From Escherichia coli (GTDB lineage: Bacteria > Pseudomonadota > Gammaproteobacteria > Enterobacterales > Enterobacteriaceae): 64,000 nt of DNA. This document shows positions 29,863 to 43,034 of this stretch, in pieces. The notes under the pieces were generated by a model, which did no database searches, was not told the DNA's origin, and saw nothing but the letters and a program-made list of their open reading frames with translations. Every line of letters starts with the position of its first letter. Within the stretch, counting starts at the first letter, position 1. The stretch is from assembly GCF_003790525.1 (NCBI RefSeq), contig NZ_CP033635.1. One strand, 5' to 3'. The translations under genes were made by a program, and so were the position numbers.

Positions 29863-30140
29863 ATGATTCAAAGGGATATTGAATACTCGGGACAATTTTC
29901 AAAGGATGTAAAACTTGCACAAAAGCGTCATAAGGATATGAATAAATTGAAATATCTTATGACGCTCTTATCAATAATACTTTACTGCTTCCAGCTGTTT
30001 ATAAAGACCACCCGCTGCAAGGTTCATGGAAAGGTTATCGCGATGCTCATGTCGAACCGGACTGGATCCTGATTTACAAACTTACCGATAAACTTTTACG
30101 ATTTGAGAGAACTGGAACTCACGCGGCGCTATTTGGGTAA
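29863..30140 (+). pseudogene. yafQ: yafQ toxin gene disrupted by a frameshift (apparent 1-nt deletion near codon 36-37)
   Basis: N-terminal frame encodes MIQRDIEYSGQFSKDVKLAQKRHKDMNKLKYLMTLL then diverges and stops at 30072; another frame from about 29970 encodes INNTLLLPAVYKDHPLQGSWKGYRDAHVEPDWILIYKLTDKLLRFERTGTHAALFG and stops at 30140. Confidence 0.8.
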
Positions 30141-30295
30141 AGCCCGCTGCCGATGAAATTTGTAAACCCTGCGCCGACAGGCTTGCGTAAAACTCTTTTG
30201 GTGATAATGTGAGCCTTCCAAATCCAGACTATTCCGATTTGGGATCCATTTTGCCGTCCTGGCGTGTGTAACCGTTTTATCAAGGAATAAGCAGT

Positions 30296-31036
30296 ATGCG
30301 TAAAATCGCATTAATTCTTGCGATGTTGTTGATCCCGTGCGTTTCGTTTGCCGGTTTGCTGGGCAGCAGTAGCTCGACCACGCCAGTGAGCAAAGAGTAT
30401 AAGCAGCAGTTGATGGGATCCCCTGTCTACATCCAGATCTTCAAGGAAGAACGTACGCTCGATCTCTACGTCAAAATGGGCGAGCAATATCAACTGCTCG
30501 ACAGCTATAAAATCTGTAAATATTCCGGCGGCTTAGGGCCAAAACAGCGTCAGGGCGATTTCAAAAGCCCGGAAGGGTTTTATAGCGTCCAGCGTAATCA
30601 GTTAAAACCAGACAGCCGTTACTACAAAGCGATTAATATTGGATTCCCAAACGCCTATGACCGTGCGCATGGTTATGAAGGGAAATACCTGATGATTCAC
30701 GGCGATTGTGTTTCCATCGGCTGCTACGCGATGACCAATCAGGGTATTGATGAGATCTTCCAGTTCGTTACTGGTGCGCTGGTGTTTGGTCAGCCGAGCG
30801 TGCAAGTGAGTATTTACCCGTTCCGTATGACCGACGCCAATATGAAGCGCCATAAATATTCCAACTTTAAGGACTTCTGGGAGCAACTGAAGCCAGGCTA
30901 CGACTACTTTGAGCAAACCCGTAAGCCACCGACCGTTTCTGTGGTCAATGGCCGTTACGTGGTCAGCAAGCCGTTAAGCCACGAAGTTGTGCAGCCACAA
31001 CTGGCATCAAACTACACGCTCCCCGAGGCAAAATAA
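30296..31036 (+). CDS. yafK: L,D-transpeptidase-family periplasmic protein YafK
   Basis: 246 aa; signal peptide; YkuD/L,D-transpeptidase-like core (HGDCVSIGC). Confidence 0.9.
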   Translation: MRKIALILAMLLIPCVSFAGLLGSSSSTTPVSKEYKQQLMGSPVYIQIFKEERTLDLYVKMGEQYQLLDSYKICKYSGGLGPKQRQGDFKSPEGFYSVQRNQLKPDSRYYKAINIGFPNAYDRAHGYEGKYLMIHGDCVSIGCYAMTNQGIDEIFQFVTGALVFGQPSVQVSIYPFRMTDANMKRHKYSNFKDFWEQLKPGYDYFEQTRKPPTVSVVNGRYVVSKPLSHEVVQPQLASNYTLPEAK

Positions 31037-31774
31037 GCGCCATTCACCTGGCATAATCTTTTGCCAGGTTTCATTGCCCGTCAGCGGCTGTGTCGCAATC
31101 ACCGTGACCACATCATTCGGTGTGGTCTGCGAGCTGAAGTCGATTTCCACATCCTGATCCAGCAACGTTGCCACGCCAAACGGCGCGCGGCGGGTGATCC
31201 AGTGTAAATTAGTCGAGCAATACGCCATTACATAGCGCCCGTCAGAAAGCAGCATGTTGAAAACGCCCTTCTGCCGCAGTTCATCCGCCAGTGAGGCGAT
31301 ATATTTAAACACTGCCGCCATGTTGCCCGGTGTGCGCGGGTAACGCTGCGTTAATTTATGCAGGAGCCAGCAAAAGGCTTTTTCGCTATCGGTTTCACCG
31401 ACCGGGCGGAAGTTGCCGGTTTCCAGTGATTTGTAGCCCGTCAGTTGTCCATTATGGGCATAAGTCCAGTTACGCCCCCATAACTCGCGGGTAAACGGGT
31501 GAGTATTTTCCAGCGCCACCTCGCCCCGATTAGCCTGGCGAATATGAGCCACCACCGAACAGGATTTTATCGGGTAGTCCTGGACAAGTTTGGCGATGGG
31601 GGAATTAAAGCTGGGTTGCGGATCTTTAAATGTGCGACAGCCTTTACCTTCGTAAAAGGTAATGCCCCAGCCATCTTTATGTGGCCCGGTTCCACCACCA
31701 CGCTGTACAAGTCCGGTGAAACTAAAGCAGATATCGGTAGGGACGTTGGCGCTCATCCCGAGCAATTCGCACAT
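31007..31774 (-). CDS. yafJ: Class II glutamine amidotransferase-like protein YafJ (ATG at 31774 giving MCELLG N-terminus)
   Basis: N-terminal Met-Cys typical of Ntn-type GATase; convergently overlaps the yafK 3' end. Confidence 0.88.
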   Translation of the reverse strand: MCELLGMSANVPTDICFSFTGLVQRGGGTGPHKDGWGITFYEGKGCRTFKDPQPSFNSPIAKLVQDYPIKSCSVVAHIRQANRGEVALENTHPFTRELWGRNWTYAHNGQLTGYKSLETGNFRPVGETDSEKAFCWLLHKLTQRYPRTPGNMAAVFKYIASLADELRQKGVFNMLLSDGRYVMAYCSTNLHWITRRAPFGVATLLDQDVEIDFSSQTTPNDVVTVIATQPLTGNETWQKIMPGEWRLFCLGERVV

Positions 31775-31839
31775 GGGTAACCTCCACAACAGCGGGAGCG
31801 CATGGCCCCCGGCGAAGATTGATTAAAAAGTACAAAGGT

Positions 31840-31885
31840 TCAGGCTGTTACCCTCACCCCGGCCCTCTCCCTGAAAGGGAGAAAA
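31840..31885. repeat. GC-rich boxC-like repeat
   Basis: gttaccctcaccccggccctctccctgaaagggagaaaagacc. Confidence 0.45.
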
Positions 31886-31889
31886 GACC

Positions 31890-32468
31890 TTACTTAACCA
31901 TCTCTTTTTCAATTAACTGGATCAGGATATGGATCACTTTAATGTGGATCTCCTGAATGCGGTCGGCATAACCAAAGTGCGGTACGCGAATTTCGATATC
32001 CGCTGTGCCAGCCATTTTACCGCCGTCTTTACCGGTCAGGGTGATCACTTTCATCCCCTTCTCACGCGCCGCCGCGATCGCTTTGATCACGTTTGCAGAG
32101 TTACCGGAGGTGGAGATCCCCAGCAGTACATCGCCTTCGCGACCTACCGCTTCAACGTAACGGGAGAAAATATCATTGAAACCAAAATCGTTACCGACGC
32201 AGGAAATATGACTAACGTCAGAAATGGCAATCGCCGGGTAGCCCGGACGGTTTTCACGGTAGCGACCGGTCAACTCTTCGGCAAAGTGCATAGCGTCGCA
32301 ATGGGAGCCGCCGTTGCCACAGGAAAGCACTTTGCCACCGGCTTTAAAGCTGTCTGCTAACAGGACCGCCGCGCGCTGAATGGCGTGAATATTGGCGTCA
32401 TCTTTTAAAAAGTTAGCCAGCGTTTCCGCCGCTTCGTTCAGTTCATTACGAATAAGATCCTGGTACAT
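31890..32468 (-). CDS. gmhA: Sedoheptulose-7-phosphate isomerase GmhA (ATG at 32468)
   Basis: SIS domain; matches GmhA/LpcA as recalled. Confidence 0.93.
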
Positions 32469-32707
32469 GAGGATATCCTTCAGCATAAATGTAATAGACA
32501 AAATGCAGTGTACCGGATACCGCCAAAAGCGAGAAGTACGAGCAGGTGCTATGACCAGGACTTTTTGACCTGAAGTGCGGATAAAAACAGCAACAATGTG
32601 AGCTTTGTTGTAATTATATTGTAAACATATTGCTAAATGTTTTCACATCCACTACAACCATATCATCACAAGTGGTCAGACCTCCTACAAGTAAGGGGCT
32701 TTTCGTT

Positions 32708-35152
32708 ATGATGATTTTGAGTATTCTCGCTACGGTTGTCCTGCTCGGCGCGTTGTTCTATCACCGCGTGAGCTTATTTATCAGCAGTCTGATTTTGCTC
32801 GCCTGGACAGCCGCCCTCGGCGTCGCTGGTCTGTGGTCGGTGTGGGTACTGGTGCCTCTGGCCATTATCCTCGTGCCGTTTAACTTTGCGCCTATGCGTA
32901 GGTCGATGATTTCCGCGCCGGTATTTCGCGGTTTCCGTAAGGTGATGCCGCCGATGTCGCGCACGGAGAAAGAAGCGATTGATGCGGGCACCACCTGGTG
33001 GGAGGGCGACTTGTTCCAGGGCAAGCCGGACTGGAAAAAGCTGCATAACTATCCGCAGCCGCGCCTGACCGCTGAAGAGCAAGCGTTTCTCGACGGTCCG
33101 GTAGAAGAAGCCTGCCGGATGGCGAATGATTTCCAGATTACCCATGAGCTGGCGGATTTGCCGCCGGAGCTGTGGGCGTATCTTAAAGATCATCGTTTCT
33201 TCGCGATGATCATCAAAAAAGAGTACGGCGGGCTGGAGTTCTCGGCCTATGCCCAGTCTCGCGTGCTGCAAAAACTCTCCGGCGTGAGCGGGATCCTGGC
33301 GATTACCGTCGGCGTGCCAAACTCATTAGGCCCGGGTGAGCTACTGCAACATTACGGCACTGACGAGCAGAAAGATCACTATCTGCCGCGTCTGGCGCGT
33401 GGTCAGGAGATCCCTTGCTTTGCACTGACCAGCCCCGAAGCGGGTTCCGATGCGGGCGCGATTCCGGATACCGGGATTGTTTGCATGGGCGAGTGGCAGG
33501 GCCAGCAGGTGCTGGGGATGCGACTGACCTGGAACAAACGCTACATTACGCTCGCACCGATTGCGACCGTGCTTGGTCTGGCGTTTAAACTCTCCGACCC
33601 GGAAAAACTGCTGGGTGGCGCAGAAGATTTAGGTATTACCTGTGCGCTGATCCCGACCACCACGCCGGGCGTGGAAATTGGTCGTCGCCACTTCCCGCTG
33701 AACGTACCGTTCCAGAACGGACCGACGCGCGGTAAAGATGTCTTCGTACCGATCGATTACATCATCGGCGGACCAAAAATGGCCGGGCAAGGCTGGCGGA
33801 TGCTAGTGGAGTGCCTCTCGGTAGGACGCGGTATCACCCTGCCTTCCAACTCAACCGGCGGCGTGAAATCGGTAGCGCTGGCAACGGGTGCGTATGCGCA
33901 CATCCGCCGTCAGTTCAAAATCTCTATTGGTAAGATGGAAGGGATTGAAGAGCCGCTGGCGCGTATTGCCGGAAACGCTTATGTAATGGATGCTGCGGCA
34001 TCGCTGATTACCTACGGCATTATGCTCGGTGAAAAACCTGCCGTGCTGTCGGCTATCGTTAAGTATCACTGTACCCACCGTGGGCAGCAGTCGATTATTG
34101 ATGCGATGGATATCACTGGTGGCAAAGGCATTATGCTCGGGCAAAGCAACTTCCTGGCCCGTGCTTACCAGGGCGCACCGATTGCCATCACCGTTGAAGG
34201 GGCTAACATTCTGACCCGCAGCATGATGATCTTCGGACAAGGAGCGATTCGTTGCCATCCGTACGTGCTGGAAGAGATGGAAGCGGCGAAGAACAATGAC
34301 GTAAATGCGTTCGATAAACTGCTGTTCAAACATATCGGTCACGTCGGTAGCAACAAAGTTCGCAGCTTCTGGCTGGGCCTGACGCGCGGTTTAACCAGCA
34401 GCACGCCAACCGGCGATGCCACTAAACGCTACTATCAGCACCTGAACCGCCTGAGCGCCAACCTCGCCCTGCTTTCTGATGTCTCGATGGCGGTGCTGGG
34501 CGGCAGCCTGAAACGTCGCGAGCGCATCTCGGCACGTCTGGGGGATATTTTAAGCCAGCTTTACCTCGCCTCTGCCGTTCTGAAGCGTTATGACGACGAA
34601 GGCCGTAATGAAGCCGACCTGCCGCTGGTGCACTGGGGCGTACAGGATGCGCTGTATCAGGCAGAGCAGGCGATGGACGATTTACTGCAAAACTTCCCGA
34701 ACCGCGTGGTTGCCGGGCTGCTGAATGTGGTGATCTTCCCGACCGGACGTCATTATCTGGCACCGTCTGACAAGCTGGATCATAAGGTGGCGAAGATTTT
34801 ACAAGTGCCGAACGCCACCCGTTCACGTATTGGTCGCGGTCAGTACCTGACCCCGAGCGAGCATAACCCGGTTGGTTTACTGGAAGAGGCGCTGGTGGAT
34901 GTGATTGCCGCCGACCCAATTCATCAGCGGATCTGTAAAGAGCTGGGTAAAAACCTGCCGTTTACCCGTCTGGATGAACTGGCGCATAACGCGCTGGCGA
35001 AGGGGCTGATTGATAAAGATGAAGCAGCTATTCTTGTGAAAGCTGAAGAAAGCCGTCTGCGCAGTATTAATGTTGATGACTTTGATCCGGAAGAGCTTGC
35101 GACGAAGCCGGTAAAGTTGCCGGAGAAAGTGCGAAAAGTTGAAGCCGCGTAA
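32708..35152 (+). CDS. fadE: Acyl-CoA dehydrogenase FadE (ATG at 32708)
   Basis: N-terminal TM helices plus acyl-CoA dehydrogenase domains; matches FadE as recalled. Confidence 0.95.
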   Translation: MMILSILATVVLLGALFYHRVSLFISSLILLAWTAALGVAGLWSVWVLVPLAIILVPFNFAPMRRSMISAPVFRGFRKVMPPMSRTEKEAIDAGTTWWEGDLFQGKPDWKKLHNYPQPRLTAEEQAFLDGPVEEACRMANDFQITHELADLPPELWAYLKDHRFFAMIIKKEYGGLEFSAYAQSRVLQKLSGVSGILAITVGVPNSLGPGELLQHYGTDEQKDHYLPRLARGQEIPCFALTSPEAGSDAGAIPDTGIVCMGEWQGQQVLGMRLTWNKRYITLAPIATVLGLAFKLSDPEKLLGGAEDLGITCALIPTTTPGVEIGRRHFPLNVPFQNGPTRGKDVFVPIDYIIGGPKMAGQGWRMLVECLSVGRGITLPSNSTGGVKSVALATGAYAHIRRQFKISIGKMEGIEEPLARIAGNAYVMDAAASLITYGIMLGEKPAVLSAIVKYHCTHRGQQSIIDAMDITGGKGIMLGQSNFLARAYQGAPIAITVEGANILTRSMMIFGQGAIRCHPYVLEEMEAAKNNDVNAFDKLLFKHIGHVGSNKVRSFWLGLTRGLTSSTPTGDATKRYYQHLNRLSANLALLSDVSMAVLGGSLKRRERISARLGDILSQLYLASAVLKRYDDEGRNEADLPLVHWGVQDALYQAEQAMDDLLQNFPNRVVAGLLNVVIFPTGRHYLAPSDKLDHKVAKILQVPNATRSRIGRGQYLTPSEHNPVGLLEEALVDVIAADPIHQRICKELGKNLPFTRLDELAHNALAKGLIDKDEAAILVKAEESRLRSINVDDFDPEELATKPVKLPEKVRKVEAA

Positions 35153-35161
35153 TTGAATAAC

Positions 35162-35185
35162 GGAGCCGAAAGGCTCCGTTTCTTT
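35162..35185. terminator. Rho-independent terminator between convergent fadE and ivy
   Basis: ggagccgaaaggctcc hairpin followed by a T-tract. Confidence 0.6.
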
Positions 35186-35194
35186 ATCCGCTAA

Positions 35195-35668
35195 TTATTT
35201 AAAATTAAAGCCATCCGGATGGTTTTCCAGGCTGCCGGTCAACGCCGCGAACAGCACCGTTTTACCATCAATAGAAAGCGCATCGTTCACATTCAACCAG
35301 GTGAGTTTCTCTTGCGACGTTTTCTCATCAATGGTCGAGAACAGCCCCGTCATCTGATTAGATTTCTCGGACCACATCACAGCGATACGTTGCGAGCCAC
35401 AGTCATGCGGTTTGCACGCGCTCATCACCTGATACGTCTCATCTCCCAACGTTACGGTTTGTGCAGGGGTATAAGTACCGCCTTTCATCACCCAGGCAGG
35501 CAGCTTATGCCCTTGCACCATCTGATTAAACGCCGCTTTGGTGGTTTCGCCCTTTGCAAGGCTGCTAATGGTTAAATCATCCTGCGCCATTGCACTGGTG
35601 GCGATGACCAGAGCGGCGACTGTCGTTATTGCCTTAAACATCATTCCTCCCGAGCTTATCCTGCCCAT
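35195..35668 (-). CDS. ivy: Inhibitor of vertebrate lysozyme Ivy
   Basis: 157 aa; signal peptide; CKPHDCG loop motif. Confidence 0.93.
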   Translation of the reverse strand: MGRISSGGMMFKAITTVAALVIATSAMAQDDLTISSLAKGETTKAAFNQMVQGHKLPAWVMKGGTYTPAQTVTLGDETYQVMSACKPHDCGSQRIAVMWSEKSNQMTGLFSTIDEKTSQEKLTWLNVNDALSIDGKTVLFAALTGSLENHPDGFNFK

Positions 35669-35821
35669 GTTATTAACCTCCTAAAGCCTGGCGATAACAC
35701 GATAATTTGCAAATCAGATATTTCCAATATCAGCATTTGTTATCAATTTATTCTGCGCTAAGGCAACTGCCTGATAAGGTGTTAGAGTTATAAAACCCTT
35801 CGCATAAAGGAGTTGTACACC

Positions 35822-36592
35822 GTGCCTGGTTTGAAGATTACGCTTTTGCAGCAACCACTGGTGTGGATGGATGGCCCTGCCAACCTGCGTCATTTTGATC
35901 GTCAACTGGAAGGTATTACCGGACGCGATGTGATCGTTCTACCGGAGATGTTTACCAGCGGCTTTGCCATGGAAGCGGCAGCTGCGTCGCTAGCACAAGA
36001 TGACGTAGTGAACTGGATGACAGCCAAAGCGCAGCAGTGCAATGCGCTGATTGCAGGCAGTGTTGCATTACAAACGGAGTCTGGTTCGGTTAACCGCTTT
36101 TTGCTGGTTGAGCCGGGCGGCACGGTACATTTTTATGATAAGCGTCATCTGTTCCGAATGGCAGATGAGCATCTGCATTATAAAGCGGGCAATGCGCGAG
36201 TAATTGTGGAATGGCGCGGCTGGCGTATTTTGCCGCTGGTGTGCTACGACTTACGTTTTCCTGTGTGGTCGCGCAATCTCAACGATTATGACCTCGCCCT
36301 GTACGTCGCCAACTGGCCTGCTCCGCGCTCTCTGCACTGGCAGGCATTGCTGACAGCCCGCGCGATTGAGAATCAGGCGTATGTGGCGGGATGCAATCGC
36401 GTCGGCAGCGATGGCAACGGCTGCCATTATCGCGGTGACAGCAGAGTGATTAATCCACAGGGCGAGATTATCGCCACCGCCGACGCGCATCAGGCAACGC
36501 GCATTGATGCGGAGCTGTCGATGGTGGCGTTGCGGGAATATAGAGAAAAGTTTCCGGCATGGCGGGATGCGGATGAATTCACATTTCGTTAG
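35822..36592 (+). CDS. yafV: Nitrilase-superfamily omega-amidase YafV (GTG start at 35822)
   Basis: CN-hydrolase family with catalytic Cys in LVCYDLRFP. Confidence 0.9.
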   Translation: MPGLKITLLQQPLVWMDGPANLRHFDRQLEGITGRDVIVLPEMFTSGFAMEAAAASLAQDDVVNWMTAKAQQCNALIAGSVALQTESGSVNRFLLVEPGGTVHFYDKRHLFRMADEHLHYKAGNARVIVEWRGWRILPLVCYDLRFPVWSRNLNDYDLALYVANWPAPRSLHWQALLTARAIENQAYVAGCNRVGSDGNGCHYRGDSRVINPQGEIIATADAHQATRIDAELSMVALREYREKFPAWRDADEFTFR

Positions 36593-36647
36593 AGGGTGAA
36601 TATGGCTACGAGATAAGTTTCGTGGCTATTTTTCTCTGGAACTTAAA

Positions 36648-36682
36648 CGACGAAAGCCCGAATCAGTAATGATTCGGGCTTT
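36648..36682 (-). terminator. Terminator hairpin downstream of aspV
   Basis: gaaagcccgaatcagtaatgattcgggctttc inverted repeat. Confidence 0.55.
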
Positions 36683-36690
36683 CTGAATAT

Positions 36691-36767
36691 TGGCGGAACG
36701 GACGGGACTCGAACCCGCGACCCCCTGCGTGACAGGCAGGTATTCTAACCGACTGAACTACCGCTCC
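36691..36767 (-). tRNA. aspV: tRNA-Asp (GUC)
   Basis: Reverse complement matches the 77-nt tRNA-Asp including anticodon loop and CCA end. Confidence 0.97.
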
Positions 36768-36899
36768 GCGTTGTGTTCCGTTGGGAACGAGGCGAATATT
36801 ACGGATTGCCTCACCCTTCGTCAACGGTTTTTCTCATCTTTTGAATCGTTTGCTGCAAAAATCGCCCAAGTCGCTATTTTTAGCGCCTTTTACAGGTAT

Positions 36900-37631
36900 T
36901 TATGCCCGCCAGAGGCAGCTTCCGCCTTTCTTCTGCACCAGATCGAGACGGGCTTCATGTGCCGCAAGCTCTTCATCTGTCGCAAAAACAACGCGTAACT
37001 TACTTGCCTGACGCACAATGCGCTGAATTGTTGCTTCACCTTGTTGCTGTTGTGTCTCTCCTTCCATCGCAAAAGCCATCGACGTTTGACCACCGGTCAT
37101 CGCCAGATAAACTTCCGCAAGGATCTGGGCATCGAGTAATGCCCCGTGCAGCGTTCGTTTACTGTTATCTATTTCGTAGCGGGCACATAACGCATCGAGG
37201 CTGTTGCGCTTACCGGGAAACATTTTCCTCGCCACCGCAAGGCTATCGGTGACCTTACAGAAGGTATTGGTCTTCGGAATATCGCGCTTAAGCAACGAAA
37301 ACTCGTAGTCCATAAAGCCGATATCGAACGCTGCGTTATGGATCACGAGCTCCGCGCCGCGGATATAGTCCATGAACTCATCGGCAACCTCGGCAAACGT
37401 GGGCTTATCGAGCAAAAACTCATCGGCAATACCATGTACGCCAAAGGCTTCCGGATCCACCAGCCGATCGGGTTTGAGATAAACATGGAAGTTATTGCCC
37501 GTCAGGCGACGGTTCACCACTTCAACGGCACCAATCTCAATGATCTTGTGGCCTTCATAGTGCGCACCAATCTGATTCATACCGGTAGTTTCGGTATCGA
37601 GAACGATCTGGCGTGTAATTGCAGTGCTCAT
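36900..37631 (-). CDS. dnaQ: DNA polymerase III epsilon subunit (3'-5' proofreading exonuclease) DnaQ
   Basis: 243 aa from ATG at 37631; DEDDh exonuclease motifs. Confidence 0.96.
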
Positions 37632-37695
37632 AGCGGTCATTTATGTCAGACTTGTCGTTTTACAGTTCGATTCAATTACAGGAAGTCTACCAGAG

Positions 37696-38163
37696 ATGCT
37701 TAAACAGGTAGAAATTTTCACCGACGGTTCGTGTCTGGGTAATCCAGGACCGGGGGGATACGGTGCTATTTTACGCTATCGCGGACGCGAGAAAACCTTT
37801 AGCGCAGGCTACACCCGCACCACCAACAACCGTATGGAGTTGATGGCCGCTATTGTCGCGCTGGAGGCGTTAAAAGAACATTGCGAAGTTATTTTGAGTA
37901 CCGACAGCCAGTATGTCCGCCAGGGTATCACCCAGTGGATCCATAACTGGAAAAAACGTGGCTGGAAAACAGCAGACAAAAAACCAGTAAAAAATGTCGA
38001 TCTCTGGCAACGTCTTGATGCTGCGCTGGGGCAGCATCAAATCAAATGGGAATGGGTTAAAGGCCATGCCGGTCATCCAGAAAACGAACGTTGCGATGAA
38101 CTGGCTCGTGCCGCAGCGATGAATCCCACACTGGAAGATACGGGCTATCAAGTCGAAGTTTAA
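37696..38163 (+). CDS. rnhA: Ribonuclease HI
   Basis: 155 aa from ATG at 37696; matches RnhA as recalled. Confidence 0.96.
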
Positions 38164-38882
38164 GCCTGTGGTTTACGACATTGCCGGGTGGCTCCAACCG
38201 CCTGGCGAATTCGTGGCTTGTTTTTACTCTGTTTCATCGGATTTAGCGTTAAAGGAATAGTCCGTTTCCGGGCGACAATAAGTTGTAAGCAACCAAGCGC
38301 AGGAATATGCGCATTCAATAGTTTTCCACCGTGTTTGTTCCACGGGAGAACGTGGAAACGGCTGGCGTGTAGCACTTCAAAATTCAACAAAGAGAGCCAG
38401 TCCAGTTGCCGCATCAGAGTAAACATCCGGCTATTATAGGGCGAGGTTTTGCGCAATACCGGCACAAGTTTGCGTAATCCCATTAAACTGATGGGGTTGA
38501 AGCCACTAATCACCAGCCAGCCATCATCAATCAGTACCCGATCGGCTTCACGCAATAAACGATGCGGATCGGTGCACCACGGCAAGGTATGTGCCAGTAG
38601 ACAAACATCAACGGATTTATCGGCAAAAGGAAGATGAAGTGGATCCGCCTGCACCTGGACGGGCATTCCTTGCGCAGAAACATTCACTTGATGAGAAACC
38701 GCGCACGCTTCGCAATTGATTTCTGCGCTTAAATTGCCAATCTTAAGCAGATGAAAACCATACATTTTAGTGAACCACGGGTTGAGCTGGCGCTCCAGCG
38801 CCTTGCGATAAAGCTCTCCCCAGGGCAAATCGCCCCAGCAATCAGGAGCCACGACAGTTTGAGGGACTCTTGCCGGTTTCAT
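38160..38882 (-). CDS. yafS: SAM-dependent methyltransferase-like protein YafS
   Basis: Position and sequence consistent with YafS; start moved to MKPARV. Confidence 0.85.
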
Positions 38883-38912
38883 CACAACCTTCCGTTTCAC
38901 ACTGAGAGGTAA

Positions 38913-39671
<759 letters not shown>

Positions 39672-39742
39672 TAAAACTTTCTTGTCATCGGCTCCGTTCG
39701 CCGTTATGATCGGTCGTCTTTTAAGCAACTATTGACACACAC

Positions 39743-41101
39743 ATGAAGGCAAAAGCGATATTACTCGCCTCTGTCCTGCTCGTGGGTTGCCAGAGCACCG
39801 GCAACGTTCAACAGCACGCACAGAGCCTTTCTGCAGCTGGTCAAGGGGAAGCAGCAAAGTTTACAAGTCAGGCACGATGGATGGACGATGGGACGTCTAT
39901 CGCGCCAGATGGTGACTTGTGGGCTTTCATTGGCGACGAGCTAAAGATGGGAATTCCGGAAAACGACCGGATTCGCGAACAGAAACAGAAATATTTACGC
40001 AATAAGAGCTATCTCCACGATGTAACTTTACGGGCAGAGCCGTATATGTACTGGATAGCCGGGCAAGTTAAAAAACGTAACATGCCTATGGAACTGGTAC
40101 TACTACCCATAGTGGAGAGCGCTTTTGATCCTCACGCAACGTCTGGCGCCAATGCCGCGGGCATCTGGCAGATCATTCCGAGCACGGGGCGCAATTATGG
40201 TTTGAAACAGACCCGCAATTATGACGCGCGTCGCGATGTTGTTGCTTCAACAACTGCCGCGCTGAACATGATGCAGCGTCTGAACAAGATGTTTGACGGC
40301 GACTGGCTTCTGACCGTAGCGGCTTATAACAGCGGCGAAGGTCGGGTCATGAAGGCAATTAAAACGAACAAAGCGCGTGGGAAATCCACGGACTTCTGGT
40401 CGTTACCGTTGCCGCAGGAAACGAAGCAGTACGTGCCTAAAATGCTGGCATTGAGTGATATTCTCAAAAACAGCAAGCGTTATGGCGTACGTCTGCCAAC
40501 GACCGATGAAAGCCGTGCTCTGGCGCGTGTGCACCTGAGCAGCCCGGTTGAAATGGCGAAGGTTGCAGATATGGCGGGGATTTCCGTCAGCAAGCTGAAG
40601 ACATTCAACGCTGGCGTGAAAGGCTCCACGCTGGGCGCAAGTGGTCCGCAGTACGTGATGGTGCCAAAGAAGCATGCAGATCAACTGCGTGAATCTCTGG
40701 CTTCAGGCGAAATTGCTGCTGTACAGTCGACGCTGGTTGCCGACAATACGCCGCTTAACAGCCGTGTTTACACCGTACGCTCTGGCGACACGCTTTCAAG
40801 TATCGCTTCACGTCTCGGCGTAAGCACCAAAGATTTGCAGCAGTGGAACAAACTGCGCGGATCTAAGCTGAAGCCAGGCCAAAGTTTGACGATTGGTGCA
40901 GGCAGTAGCGCACAGCGACTGGCAAACAACAGCGATAGCATTACGTATCGTGTGCGCAAAGGCGATTCGCTTTCAAGCATTGCTAAACGCCACGGCGTGA
41001 ACATCAAAGATGTAATGCGCTGGAACAGCGATACTGCGAATCTGCAACCAGGCGATAAGCTGACGTTGTTTGTGAAAAACAACAGCATGCCAGACTCCTG
41101 A
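39743..41101 (+). CDS. mltD: Membrane-bound lytic murein transglycosylase D (lipoprotein, SLT domain plus LysM repeats)
   Basis: 452 aa; lipobox LLVGC; two C-terminal LysM repeats. Confidence 0.95.
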   Translation: MKAKAILLASVLLVGCQSTGNVQQHAQSLSAAGQGEAAKFTSQARWMDDGTSIAPDGDLWAFIGDELKMGIPENDRIREQKQKYLRNKSYLHDVTLRAEPYMYWIAGQVKKRNMPMELVLLPIVESAFDPHATSGANAAGIWQIIPSTGRNYGLKQTRNYDARRDVVASTTAALNMMQRLNKMFDGDWLLTVAAYNSGEGRVMKAIKTNKARGKSTDFWSLPLPQETKQYVPKMLALSDILKNSKRYGVRLPTTDESRALARVHLSSPVEMAKVADMAGISVSKLKTFNAGVKGSTLGASGPQYVMVPKKHADQLRESLASGEIAAVQSTLVADNTPLNSRVYTVRSGDTLSSIASRLGVSTKDLQQWNKLRGSKLKPGQSLTIGAGSSAQRLANNSDSITYRVRKGDSLSSIAKRHGVNIKDVMRWNSDTANLQPGDKLTLFVKNNSMPDS

Positions 41102-41120
41102 CAAACCAGATAATAAAAAA

Positions 41121-41147
41121 GGCACCGATTCCCCCGGTGCCTTTTTT
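41121..41147. terminator. Bidirectional rho-independent terminator between mltD and yafE
   Basis: ggcaccgattcccccggtgcc hairpin flanked by A- and T-tracts. Confidence 0.65.
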
Positions 41148-41149
41148 AT

Positions 41150-41920
41150 TTATGCCGCTTTATGTGCTTCTAACATGATGATATCACTGGTGAAAGAGCC
41201 ATCATTCTGCAAGGCAAAATACGTTTTCACCTCTGTCGATGCGCTCTGTTGGTAAATGCGAATAGCGTCTACTAACGCTTCTGGCGTACGCATTCTCGCT
41301 ACCCATGAAGAAAATTCCAGCGGTAACTTATCTGTAATTAAATTATCAACTATCAGATTGGCTTCATTGATTAACTTCAACCACTCACCGCTGGCGTAGT
41401 TTCGTACGTGAGAGGTATCGCGTAATGCTTCTACCGTCTGTAACCAGATGTCGCGCACTGGATGACCCGGAGACATTACGTCCATCACAATCAGCCTACC
41501 GCCGGGTTCCAATACCCGATTCACTTCACGCAGTGCTGCACCAACATCATGCCAGTGATGGGCAGAATAACGGCTGATAACAATATCAAATGCGTTATCG
41601 GCAAATGGCAGACTTTCGGCATAACCCTGGCGGGTGGTGATATTTTTCAGTTGCCGGGCTTCGGCAGCTTGTGCCACGACATCCAGCATTTGGGCAGATA
41701 AGTCATACGCCACCACCGCGCTCACGTTCTGCGCAGCGACAAAGCTGGCATGCCCTGCTCCGCAGCCCATATCAAGTACACTTGCATCAGGATAATCAGC
41801 CAGACGCACCGCCAGGCGCTGTAAATCTCGCCCGGATGCATGTACGGTACTGGTTAAATACTCACTGGCCTGCGAGCTAAACTGCTTTTCTACGTGGTCA
41901 TGGTGGGATTGTGTTGTCAT
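41150..41920 (-). CDS. yafE: Class I SAM-dependent methyltransferase YafE (start uncertain)
   Basis: Methyltransferase motif LDMGCGAGH. Confidence 0.85.
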   Translation of the reverse strand: MTTQSHHDHVEKQFSSQASEYLTSTVHASGRDLQRLAVRLADYPDASVLDMGCGAGHASFVAAQNVSAVVAYDLSAQMLDVVAQAAEARQLKNITTRQGYAESLPFADNAFDIVISRYSAHHWHDVGAALREVNRVLEPGGRLIVMDVMSPGHPVRDIWLQTVEALRDTSHVRNYASGEWLKLINEANLIVDNLITDKLPLEFSSWVARMRTPEALVDAIRIYQQSASTEVKTYFALQNDGSFTSDIIMLEAHKAA

Positions 41921-41993
41921 TCTGTCCTTTTATTGTTTGATTAAAAAGGGCAGCGCCAAACGTTGGTCTGCCCTGTGGCAGACCTGACATACC

Positions 41994-42845
<852 letters not shown>

Positions 42846-43034
42846 CTACTGTTATAGGGATTTTAGCTCACTCTTTCAACGAGCAATTGTATATTGCTAT
42901 GTAAGCAAGTGCTTACACCGGTCAGAAATTTGCTCATTATTGAGAACATTAAATCGGATGACATATCTCGCATCCTGATGGTTTAATGACAATTAAATTC
43001 AAAATATCTCTTCTATTTTGCAACAGGAGCAAAA

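Noticed and set aside
36690-37093. ORFs overlapping tRNA-Asp and the dnaQ 3' region
   Set aside because: They overlap a well-supported tRNA and a conserved CDS on the other strand
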